DNA from: Candidatus Cloacimonadales bacterium
Lineage (GTDB): Bacteria; Cloacimonadota; Cloacimonadia; Cloacimonadales; JAIOQZ01
DNA length: 64,000 nucleotides
Direction of reading: 5' to 3'
NCBI GenBank assembly: GCA_963665815.1
Contig: OY762463.1
Span: 2,752,001 to 2,816,000, forward strand
Under the pieces are notes generated by a model. The model saw only the letters and a program-made list of their open reading frames with translations, made no database searches and was not told where the DNA came from. The position numbers and the translations under genes were made by a program. Below are positions 31,501 through 40,203 of this stretch, one piece after another; position 1 is the stretch's first letter, and every line of letters starts with the position of its first letter.

Positions 31501-31732
31501 TATAATATTACACTTAAATGACGAAATATCAAAGAACTATAAAGAGTGTCAAGAACTATGAATTTCACTATTATCATATATGAGAATTAAATAATAAGTA
31601 TTTAATGCCAGTAATTACTTAGTTATTGCAATGAAAGTTGTTAGGTCTTATTCATATATGAATCAAATTTGATAAAACACGTAAAATTGTATCAAAAAAG
31701 TACATTTTTCCGATATAGTTAACTAATAAATA

Positions 31733-33520
31733 TCAGAAATGTTCCGGTACTTTCTTAAACCTCATGAATCCGTTCCTGTAAGGTGTTGTACCCTCACGTA
31801 TTTTTACTTCCGGATAATCAGGAGGAGGATTTGTCATAAATCTGTGATCATAGTGATAATCTTTTCCATAACCTGAGCTTCCATTAGGTATCGGTCCAAA
31901 CTTAGGTAATGACATATCCCAGTACCCTCCGTCAGAAGAGCTGTTTCCGCTTCTGTGAACAAATCCTCTTCTATGCTGAGCTACAGATCCAAAAAGGTGA
32001 ATTGCACCTCTCTCCCAGTTTGGGCTAACTTCTGGGTATATTGGATTGTACCATGGATAATCTATATTATCATTTATTGGGTGCGGCCAGTGTGGTGGAT
32101 CCCCCGGAGGATAAAATGCCCGGTGCAGATCGGGATACATATAATTAGCCGGTCCCGGTGTACCCGGAGCTGTATAATTGTACAAGTGAGGTGTTGCAGT
32201 ATGCGGGAAATGGTACTGAAATGTAAAAATACCATCTTCCCAGCCATCTCCATGACCGAGTGCAGCAAGGGCTGCATAAATGTATATATCATTGCAGTTT
32301 GGCTTGGAAGCCAGTGGGGCTTCCGGCTCTCTATAAGCATAGGCAATAAAGATTCTGCGTTCTGAAACCAGACCGACAAAATCATGATTATTCTTAGGAA
32401 GTGAAAAATCGTTAGTTGCTATATTGAAACCATCCGGACAAGTACCAATATCAGGAGTACTCATAAGCAGTATATCATCTACCAGAAACATGTCATCAGA
32501 GCATGCCCAGGTCTGAGCTCCTGCAAAAGTTCCCTTTATCCACATTTCAGAGTCTATGAACATCGAACCGTTCTGTAATGTTCCGGTAAGAGGAGTTGAC
32601 CACACTGTATCAATGAATGTAATTGTGTTGGATCCTATCGGATTACCTATTGGACCGTATGGGGGATAGCTGTCATAAACTGTAAGTGTCTGTGAATTTT
32701 CCTGAAAACTGGCAGTTTCAACAGTATAATTAATTCCATCTACTACAACATATGCAAGATCATAATAGCCGTTTATTCTAGCTCCGTTGGCTCGTACAAG
32801 TTCTGCTGTTGGACGAAACTCAACATATCCGACTTCTTCGTCATATCCGCCTAGAAAAACATCGTCATAAGGTATAGATCCACTCTGAGCCTCAATCGTC
32901 TGATGAGTTGTGACATATTCGTGAAACAACGGCCAGCCACCACCTCTGTTCTGAATCCAGATTGTTGAATTACTGTGAACTCTTCCCCAGATTTCATCCC
33001 TGCCCCAGAAGTATACAGGCCCGTCATTGACTGAAATGTCTGATTCCGTAATATACATGAATCCCGCAAAAGTTTCCTTCCTGAACTCCAGTTCTGCATA
33101 CTTTTCTATCATTGATCTCTTGTCTATACCTGTAAAATTAGTGAAGGACGCATCTTTACGGAATGCTCTTATTTTCGACTTGATTTCTTTCTGGTTGCTG
33201 TTGGTAAATACACCATTTACCATTTTGTTCTGTATGTATGTTTTACAGATGTAAGTTGTTCTTGAATTGCCTGATTCAATTTCCCATCTATGGTAAGGAA
33301 GCTGCAGTCGATATAAAGAAATGTTGCTTCTTCTGAGATATGTAGTCCCTCTGTCCATTTCAGATCTTAATAGATGAGTCTCCTGCATCAGATCAATAAA
33401 CAATCTGAGATTAGCAGAATCTCCCATCACTAATATTGACATAGTGATACTTGTAAGTATTGCCACAAGAGCAAGAACAACAGCAGATACAAGATTCCCA
33501 CGCTCGTTATTATAAACCAA
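31733..33520 (-). CDS. Large PilX-like pilin-leader protein (paralog 2)
   Basis: Start re-called at TTG 33520 after GAGGAG: MVYNNERG|NLVSAVVLALVAIL; same conserved blocks as paralog 1. Confidence 0.65.
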   Translation of the reverse strand: MVYNNERGNLVSAVVLALVAILTSITMSILVMGDSANLRLFIDLMQETHLLRSEMDRGTTYLRRSNISLYRLQLPYHRWEIESGNSRTTYICKTYIQNKMVNGVFTNSNQKEIKSKIRAFRKDASFTNFTGIDKRSMIEKYAELEFRKETFAGFMYITESDISVNDGPVYFWGRDEIWGRVHSNSTIWIQNRGGGWPLFHEYVTTHQTIEAQSGSIPYDDVFLGGYDEEVGYVEFRPTAELVRANGARINGYYDLAYVVVDGINYTVETASFQENSQTLTVYDSYPPYGPIGNPIGSNTITFIDTVWSTPLTGTLQNGSMFIDSEMWIKGTFAGAQTWACSDDMFLVDDILLMSTPDIGTCPDGFNIATNDFSLPKNNHDFVGLVSERRIFIAYAYREPEAPLASKPNCNDIYIYAALAALGHGDGWEDGIFTFQYHFPHTATPHLYNYTAPGTPGPANYMYPDLHRAFYPPGDPPHWPHPINDNIDYPWYNPIYPEVSPNWERGAIHLFGSVAQHRRGFVHRSGNSSSDGGYWDMSLPKFGPIPNGSSGYGKDYHYDHRFMTNPPPDYPEVKIREGTTPYRNGFMRFKKVPEHF

Positions 33521-33910
33521 AATAACTCCTCGCTTATTTCCGGTTCCCAACCTTTTCGGAAATAATTTGATAATGTCTAATGTTTTCACCGTGTAACTTT
33601 CATTATTTTCTGTATTTTTTTTAAGCGTGTCAAGATTTTAACTTCTGAAATGACATTTTAATTTACTGAAACACTTTTATATGGGCTATACATCCGGAGA
33701 CTTTACATAACAGGGTAAGGTATTTCGTTTTTTTAAAAAGGTTTCTCTATTAAGCGTTCTTTATGAATCTGGGAATTTCATCGAAGCTTTTTTGTAAAAT
33801 CTGCTTGATTTTCCTAATATCAAAGCTCTCATTCAATCTGGATTAAGCACTTTATTGACAAAGATTGACTTGTTCAGCAAAATGACTTATATTTCTAAAC
33901 TGGAGAAGTA

Positions 33911-35083
33911 ATGTATAATTTCGATAAAAAAGTGAAAAGAGCTGGTACAAGCAGTGTAAAATGGGATTTTAGAAAAGAAGTTTTCGGAACTGAAGATGTG
34001 TTACCAATGTGGGTAGCTGATATGGATTTTGAAATTGCTCCGGAAATCAAAAAAGCTTTGGCAGATGCCGCAGAATTCGGTGTTGTAGGTTATACCGGAA
34101 AGCGAGAAGAATTCTATAATGCAGTTCAGGCATGGATGAAGAATGAGTTCGACTGGGATATAGATCATGAAAATATCATAAGCACACCCGGAATAGTCAC
34201 TGCCCTTAATCTAGCAGTGAATGCCTATACTGAAGAGGGTGATAAAATCCTCGTGCAGAACCCTGTTTACTATCCTTTCATGAATGCCGTGACACTAAAT
34301 AACAGGACACTTATAATCAATTACTTAGTTGAGAATAATAATTACTATACAATAGATTTTGATGTGCTCGAAAAACAATTATCAGAAAATGTAAAAATGT
34401 TTATCTTATGCAGTCCACATAATCCGGTAGGTAGAGTATGGAAAAAGAAAGAGATACAGCAGATTATCGATCTTTGCAGGAAATACGATGTTCTATTGCT
34501 ATCCGATGAAATCCATCAGGATCTGGTTTATACTGAGCATTATACAACTGCGGTAGTTGATCCTTCTTTCAGCAGCAGGATTATAACCTGTACTGCTCCG
34601 AGTAAGACATTCAATGTTCCCGGGCTGTGTTCTTCAGCTATAATCATAACGGATAATGAACTGCGAGAAAAGTTCATCAATGTGATTAACAAATGGGGAT
34701 TGCTTCTTGGTAACTACTTTGGAACAGTAGGACATACGGCAGCATATAATCACGGGAAAGCCTGGTTGGAAGAGTTGAAGCAATACTTGATTGGCAACAT
34801 TGAGTTTACACATGAGTACATTGAGAGAAACATGCCGATTATCAGTATGAGTAAACCTGAGGGAACTTATCTGCTCTGGTTGAACTGCAAAAATCTGAAT
34901 ATGTCTGATGATGAAATGAAAAAATTCTTTACAGAAGAAGCAAAAGTAGGACTTGATGCAGGAGCTAAATTCGGCACAAACGGATCGGGCTACATGAGAA
35001 TGAACATTGCTGCTCCACGTTCAGTAGTGGAAGAGGGACTAAACAGAATACATAATGCTCTGAAAAGGAAAAACATTATATGA
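33911..35083 (+). CDS. MalY/PatB-family PLP-dependent C-S lyase / aminotransferase
   Basis: LPMWVADMDF, CSPHNPVG, SDEIH, PSKTFN, EGTYLLW, RMNIA. Confidence 0.92.
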   Translation: MYNFDKKVKRAGTSSVKWDFRKEVFGTEDVLPMWVADMDFEIAPEIKKALADAAEFGVVGYTGKREEFYNAVQAWMKNEFDWDIDHENIISTPGIVTALNLAVNAYTEEGDKILVQNPVYYPFMNAVTLNNRTLIINYLVENNNYYTIDFDVLEKQLSENVKMFILCSPHNPVGRVWKKKEIQQIIDLCRKYDVLLLSDEIHQDLVYTEHYTTAVVDPSFSSRIITCTAPSKTFNVPGLCSSAIIITDNELREKFINVINKWGLLLGNYFGTVGHTAAYNHGKAWLEELKQYLIGNIEFTHEYIERNMPIISMSKPEGTYLLWLNCKNLNMSDDEMKKFFTEEAKVGLDAGAKFGTNGSGYMRMNIAAPRSVVEEGLNRIHNALKRKNII

Positions 35084-35967
35084 AAGACATGCTAAACGTA
35101 TTTCAGGGTGCATCTTTTGAAGCGCTGATCAGCAAAGCGATATCTACAGGTTTGATATTGCTGAGTCTATGGATAGCCAGAATCTCTTATAACAGATTTA
35201 TCCTGAAAAGGATTAAAAATGTTAAAACAAAATATAAATGGAACAAAGTATTCTCATACGCCATCGCAATTATTGGTATTTTGATGATTGGTCGTACCTG
35301 GTTCAGTGGAATCAAGTCACTTACAAACTTTCTTGGTATTCTTACTGCGGGACTTGCGATTGCTCTTAAAGACCTTATCATTGGCTTTGCCGGATGGCTC
35401 TTTATTCTGTGGAGAAGACCATTCGAAACCGGTGATCGTATTGAAATCGGTGAATACGCAGGAGATGTGATTGATATTCGCCCACTTCACTTTACAATAC
35501 TTGAAATAGGAAACTGGGTTGATGCTGACCAGAGTACAGGTAGAATGATTCAGATTCCCAATAACTTCATTTTTACGCACGCTGTGAACAACTATCAGAG
35601 TGGTTTCGATTATATCTGGAATGAAATTCCTGTCCTACTTACTTTCGAAAGCAACTGGAAGAAAGCAGGAAAAATCCTGAAAGATATAATTGATGAACAT
35701 ACAAAGGATACAGTTCAAGAAGCTAAAAAACAAATCCAGAATGCTTCCAGAAAATTCATGATCATTTATAAGCATTTTACTCCGGCTGTTTATACAGATG
35801 TAAAAGACAGTGGAGTTAACTTGACCATGCGTTATCTTTGCCGTGTTCGCAGCAGAAGAAGCAGTACACATGCAATATGGGAAAAAGTGCTGGTAGAATT
35901 TGATAAGCACGAAGATATTGATCTGGCATATCCTACTATAAGGTATTATCAGCAGAAAAATGGTTGA
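35080..35967 (+). CDS. Small-conductance mechanosensitive channel (MscS family)
   Basis: AGLAIALKD...RPFETGDRIEI...GDVIDI...IPN; YPT at the C-terminus. Confidence 0.9.
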   Translation: MKDMLNVFQGASFEALISKAISTGLILLSLWIARISYNRFILKRIKNVKTKYKWNKVFSYAIAIIGILMIGRTWFSGIKSLTNFLGILTAGLAIALKDLIIGFAGWLFILWRRPFETGDRIEIGEYAGDVIDIRPLHFTILEIGNWVDADQSTGRMIQIPNNFIFTHAVNNYQSGFDYIWNEIPVLLTFESNWKKAGKILKDIIDEHTKDTVQEAKKQIQNASRKFMIIYKHFTPAVYTDVKDSGVNLTMRYLCRVRSRRSSTHAIWEKVLVEFDKHEDIDLAYPTIRYYQQKNG

Positions 35968-36745
35968 AATAACCTTAAACACTTACTTAATAGTTCTTCC
36001 TCTGATTTTCTTTGCAGGGCTTGTTGATGCTATCGCCGGTGGTGGAGGACTCATTTCTCTTCCTGCATATTTTGCAGCAGGACTCCCACCTCACTTTGCT
36101 TTGGGGAATAATAAATTCTCTTCAGTTTTCGGAACAACTCTTACAACTGTAAAATACTATCGCAATAATATGATAGATGTTAAGTTTGCCGTAACCGCAG
36201 CAGCAGCGGCACTTATAGGATCATTTAGTGGAACAAATCTCGTGTTGATTCTTGATCCGTTCTTCCTGAACTATCTTCTAATAATTGCAATACCTATCGT
36301 GGCAGTGTTCAGTTTACGTCATAAGGAGCTGGGAAAAGTATCTGAGTTTCATGTGAACTCACCCGGAAGAAAGGTTGTTATTGCCTTGCTCACCGGATTT
36401 ATTGTCGGTTTCTGGGATGGTTTTTTCGGACCGGGAACAGGGAGCTTTATTGTTCTGATCTTTACAGTATTTCTGAAGATGGATTTTGTTTCTGCTAATG
36501 CTAATGCCAAAGTAATCAATCTCTGTTCTAATCTTGCAGCAATTATCACTTACCTGCTTCATGGTAAAGTTATCTTCGCAATAGGTATTCCGGCTGTTGT
36601 CTTTGGAATGGCAGGTAACTATGTGGGATCTCATTTTGTAATAAAAAAGGGAAGAAAGATTATTTTCCCTGTGTTTATATCCGTGTTAGTTCTTCTTCTT
36701 GTTAAAGTTCTCTATGATGTGTTAAAGGATTCAGGTATTATCTGA
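35960..36745 (+). CDS. TSUP (TauE/SafE sulfite exporter, YfcA-like) family transporter
   Basis: DAIAGGGGLISLP, GNNK, GFWDGFFGPGTG. Confidence 0.92.
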   Translation: MVEITLNTYLIVLPLIFFAGLVDAIAGGGGLISLPAYFAAGLPPHFALGNNKFSSVFGTTLTTVKYYRNNMIDVKFAVTAAAAALIGSFSGTNLVLILDPFFLNYLLIIAIPIVAVFSLRHKELGKVSEFHVNSPGRKVVIALLTGFIVGFWDGFFGPGTGSFIVLIFTVFLKMDFVSANANAKVINLCSNLAAIITYLLHGKVIFAIGIPAVVFGMAGNYVGSHFVIKKGRKIIFPVFISVLVLLLVKVLYDVLKDSGII

Positions 36746-36783
36746 TTGTATCTTCATTATCAGAATAGTTTGCAGGAAGATAT

Positions 36784-36853
36784 CTTTGCATAATTGGAGT
36801 AGTTGACTCGATTTTAGAATTCAACGAATTCTGACTCAAATTTGTTTCTCTAA
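36784..36853 (+). repeat. Dispersed intergenic repeat (about 70 bp)
   Basis: 43/49 identical over the core to the reverse complement of 63451-63521. Confidence 0.85.
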
Positions 36854-36986
36854 GTGTTTTTTTGATGAATTCAAAAAATCTTATCTATACTTTTTAACCA
36901 ATTCTGCATGATTTTGCTATTATGCAAAGCTCTGAGGAAAATTAAGCATAACGAATTATATTGTTTATGAATTGAGAGGAATGTGA

Positions 36987-37940
36987 ATGAAAAATATATG
37001 TATATTGTTGATTGCCGCTTCACTATTTTACTGTGCTCCCTGTGAAAAAGATTTTAAAGATTTATCAGTGATCTACTCGATTGATTTATCAAGTAATATC
37101 AATCATTGTATAACATATCCTGTTTCAACATTATCATATAAGAGTAAATTGTATGTAATAGGTGACGAAATTGTAAACATATACGATCATGATCTGAATT
37201 TTATCAGCTCTTTTGGAGGCAAAGGACAAGCCCCGGGTGAGTTTAAAGGCGGTAATGGTCTTTGCGTTTTGAATGATACTTTATTTGTCAGCGACTTAGC
37301 TAACTACAGGGTTCAATCATTTTCATTGGAAGGGAAATTTCTATCTTCATTTAAATGTGATTTACCAACTAAAATTGATAAAATAAACAAACAGTTAATA
37401 GTATCTTCTTTCGATGTGCTGGATCATTTAAGAATTTATAAACCACGATCTGAGAAAAAAAACAACATTTTTAACTTATCTACAATCAAAGAGCATAGAG
37501 AACTGCTTAAAACATATCCAATATTTTCTGTGTTAAATAAAAAAATAATTCTTTCATGTTCAAATAGTAAAGTCTCAAGATTTTTTGAAATCAGTTCGAT
37601 AGATGCAAAGGAGTTGGAACTCAGTAATAAGTTTTTAGAAATGGATATCTCTGATATATCAAACATGGTTGCCTACAATAATAAATTGTATGTTATTGGA
37701 TTTATTCTGGATAGATCTAACCACAGGGAATTTGAAGTGACGTCTTCTAAACAGGCAAAAGAACTGGCAAATTTCAAGGAAATATTATTCGAGATAGATG
37801 CAGATTACAACATTGCTAATCAATATCTGATACCAGAAAACATTATCGCTATGAGGCATACACTTTGTGTTGATAATTCCCATATCTACATCATAGACGT
37901 TTTCGATAAATATTTATACAAACTAAAAATGGAGAATTAA
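36987..37940 (+). CDS. NHL/6-bladed beta-propeller lipoprotein
   Basis: Lipoprotein-like leader; FGGKGQAPGEF, LFVSDLANYRVQSFSLEGKFL. Confidence 0.7.
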   Translation: MKNICILLIAASLFYCAPCEKDFKDLSVIYSIDLSSNINHCITYPVSTLSYKSKLYVIGDEIVNIYDHDLNFISSFGGKGQAPGEFKGGNGLCVLNDTLFVSDLANYRVQSFSLEGKFLSSFKCDLPTKIDKINKQLIVSSFDVLDHLRIYKPRSEKKNNIFNLSTIKEHRELLKTYPIFSVLNKKIILSCSNSKVSRFFEISSIDAKELELSNKFLEMDISDISNMVAYNNKLYVIGFILDRSNHREFEVTSSKQAKELANFKEILFEIDADYNIANQYLIPENIIAMRHTLCVDNSHIYIIDVFDKYLYKLKMEN

Positions 37941-37943
37941 TTC

Positions 37944-38858
37944 ATGAAACTCATACATATACTTATGTTCTCAGTGACTCTGTATTTGATTGGATGTAAC
38001 TCCCATAAGACAATGACACTTACTCCTGTTGATTCTCTTGGATGGCAGGATGATTTGAATTATTCTCTCGGAGAAGTATATGAAATGGAAGTATCAGACA
38101 ATATTGTGTATTGTCTTGATGCGAAAGCAAACAAAGTAAAAGCATTCAGAACTGAAAATTTAAGTTTCATTGATGAATATGGTAGTTCAGGTGCAGGTCC
38201 TGGAGAGCTCTCATTTCCATTATCTATGGCTGTATCAGGTGACAATCTTATCGTATCGGATATTGCATTAAGAAAGCTTCAAGTCTATGCTAAAGATAAA
38301 GTTCTATCTAACCAGCGAAGTATTGATTTTCTTGTTAATCTATATTCCTATAAAGATAGAATTTACTATAATACGAATCACCTGCTTAAGAATTCAGGTA
38401 TCTATTTATATAACAATGATAAAGATGATGTTAAGCTTATGGAGTTATCAGAATTAGTAAAAAAGTCCGGTTTGGAAGAAACTCAATTTGATAAACTTGA
38501 TTTTGCAATAAGCGAGAATAATATATTTATCCTCCATAAAATGCCTGCTAAAGTATTTATTGCTGAAATCGAAGGTGATCTAAGAGAAATTGAGCTGGAA
38601 GAACCTGAATTCTCATTTAAGGACCCTCTACTGATGAAAATAGAGACATATAAAGATGGATTTATTGTTTTTGGAAGAGCATTATCTAATGATAAGCAGC
38701 TCGTTAATGCAATCATACATTATAATTGCGATGGCTCAATCAGTAAATCATGGTTACTCGACATTGGACAAGAGGAAGCCTTGTTTACTGGGACTTATGA
38801 CAGTAATTATTTTTATTGCTGGTATTTTAACGGAAACCTGTATAAGTTCAGAAAATAG
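37944..38858 (+). CDS. NHL/6-bladed beta-propeller lipoprotein
   Basis: Lipobox LIGC; YGSSGAGPGELSFP, LIVSD. Confidence 0.7.
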   Translation: MKLIHILMFSVTLYLIGCNSHKTMTLTPVDSLGWQDDLNYSLGEVYEMEVSDNIVYCLDAKANKVKAFRTENLSFIDEYGSSGAGPGELSFPLSMAVSGDNLIVSDIALRKLQVYAKDKVLSNQRSIDFLVNLYSYKDRIYYNTNHLLKNSGIYLYNNDKDDVKLMELSELVKKSGLEETQFDKLDFAISENNIFILHKMPAKVFIAEIEGDLREIELEEPEFSFKDPLLMKIETYKDGFIVFGRALSNDKQLVNAIIHYNCDGSISKSWLLDIGQEEALFTGTYDSNYFYCWYFNGNLYKFRK

Positions 38859-38898
38859 ACTGGGGCATTGTGATAACTATCAACACAGTAATGACTGT

Positions 38899-39045
38899 TT
38901 ATTGTTCAATAAAGTAAAGGCTGTTTTTAGATGGAGATGTAACAAGAAATATATATTTATCAATAATATCAATGTTATATCCAAGCATATCTTCCTAAGG
39001 TAGATTTAATCTGGTTATCATGAAATCAGAATGGGAAAGAAGCTT
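38899..39045 (-). pseudogene. Remnant 3' end of a paralog of the adjacent beta-propeller gene
   Basis: Translates as KLLSHSDFMITRLNLP*EDMLGYNIDIIDKYIFLVTSPSKNSLYFIEQ* vs KLPLTDSGFEVSGINLPRDDMLGYKINIIDSERFLITSPAKNNLYIINY*. Confidence 0.8.
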
Positions 39046-39079
39046 TCAAAATAATAACACAAATTTGTTAAAATATATG

Positions 39080-39109
39080 AGGACTGCTTAATCGGCAGTC
39101 CTTTTTTTT
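39080..39109. terminator. Rho-independent terminator
   Basis: AGGACTGC-TTAATCG-GCAGTCCT plus T-run. Confidence 0.75.
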
Positions 39110-39117
39110 GTAGGTCG

Positions 39118-40104
39118 CTAATAGTTGATAATATAAAGATTATTTTTTGCCGGAGAAGTAATTAGAAACCTTTCACTATCAATAATGTTTATTTTATATC
39201 CAAGCATATCATCTCGAGGAAGGTTGATTCCTGAAACCTCGAAACCGGAATCTGTAAGCGGAAGTTTTGCAGTTACTATATAATAGTTCATATCATCAAT
39301 AGGTATCCTACCTTCCTGAGTTCCGGTAAATCCACCACCGGATAGAAATATTAATGAGCTATCTTTTATGATAATGTCGGAGCAATATACCGTACCGGTA
39401 CAAGATGTCATTCTATTACCATTTTGTACAACTTCAGCTTTCTTATGAGGATTATTTGCTTCGTATTGGTATGTAGTTATTCCATTTGTTTTCAGATCTA
39501 TTTCAATAATTTCGTTTCTTGTTAAATAGCCGCCATATAGCTTTTCTTCAGAGTAAGCCAGATTCAATATGTTGCTGATCGCTGAAGTCATATCTCCCTT
39601 CAAACTATTGGCAATGTATGTATTGATTTGCTCTCCGGTATGATTGTATTCATAAATAAGGAATTCAGATACACTTGTAGTGACAAATATGGATTTTTCT
39701 GTAATCAGCATTGAGTTGGGAGGATAATTCAATGATACTGCTGATACAAAAGAAAAATTCTCCGTAAACTCAGTGATTCTCATCAAGGCTCTGTCCATGA
39801 TAAACAAGTGATTATTTTGAAATCCCATATCCGATACGTTCCTGTATTCTCCCGGACCTTCACCAATGTTAAAGAGAGAGTCTACCATTATTCCATCTTT
39901 AACCTTGAAAACGGTGTTTTGAAACAAATCATAAACATAAATAGCATCAGTACCAATACAAACTGAAGCAGGAGACTCAATTTGCGTTACATTAACACTA
40001 TCGATATATCCCGAATAAGTTGCATTGTTTTCTGCATCAGAACAGCTTGTAGAAATTACCGCTAAAAGCAGTAATAGTGGAAAATAAATTTTCATAATCA
40101 TCAC
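39118..40104 (-). CDS. 6-bladed beta-propeller lipoprotein
   Basis: Leader ending STSC; IGEGPGEY motif. Confidence 0.7.
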   Translation of the reverse strand: MMIMKIYFPLLLLLAVISTSCSDAENNATYSGYIDSVNVTQIESPASVCIGTDAIYVYDLFQNTVFKVKDGIMVDSLFNIGEGPGEYRNVSDMGFQNNHLFIMDRALMRITEFTENFSFVSAVSLNYPPNSMLITEKSIFVTTSVSEFLIYEYNHTGEQINTYIANSLKGDMTSAISNILNLAYSEEKLYGGYLTRNEIIEIDLKTNGITTYQYEANNPHKKAEVVQNGNRMTSCTGTVYCSDIIIKDSSLIFLSGGGFTGTQEGRIPIDDMNYYIVTAKLPLTDSGFEVSGINLPRDDMLGYKINIIDSERFLITSPAKNNLYIINY

Positions 40105-40153
40105 CCTTAATGTTTTTTAAAATAAATGTGATTTAGAACTACACGTGTCAAAT

Positions 40154-40182
40154 AAAAAAAGGACGGCTTTCACCGTCCTTTC
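40154..40182 (-). terminator. Rho-independent terminator of the AOR operon
   Basis: AAAGGACGG-CTTTCA-CCGTCCTTT with an A-run on the left. Confidence 0.8.
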
Positions 40183-40203
40183 TCCTTCTATGTAACTAAG
40201 GTT

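Noticed and set aside
29506..33520. Invertible or recombinational shufflon between the PilX-like paralogs
   Set aside because: Same orientation, synonymous divergence throughout the shared blocks, no recombinase nearby
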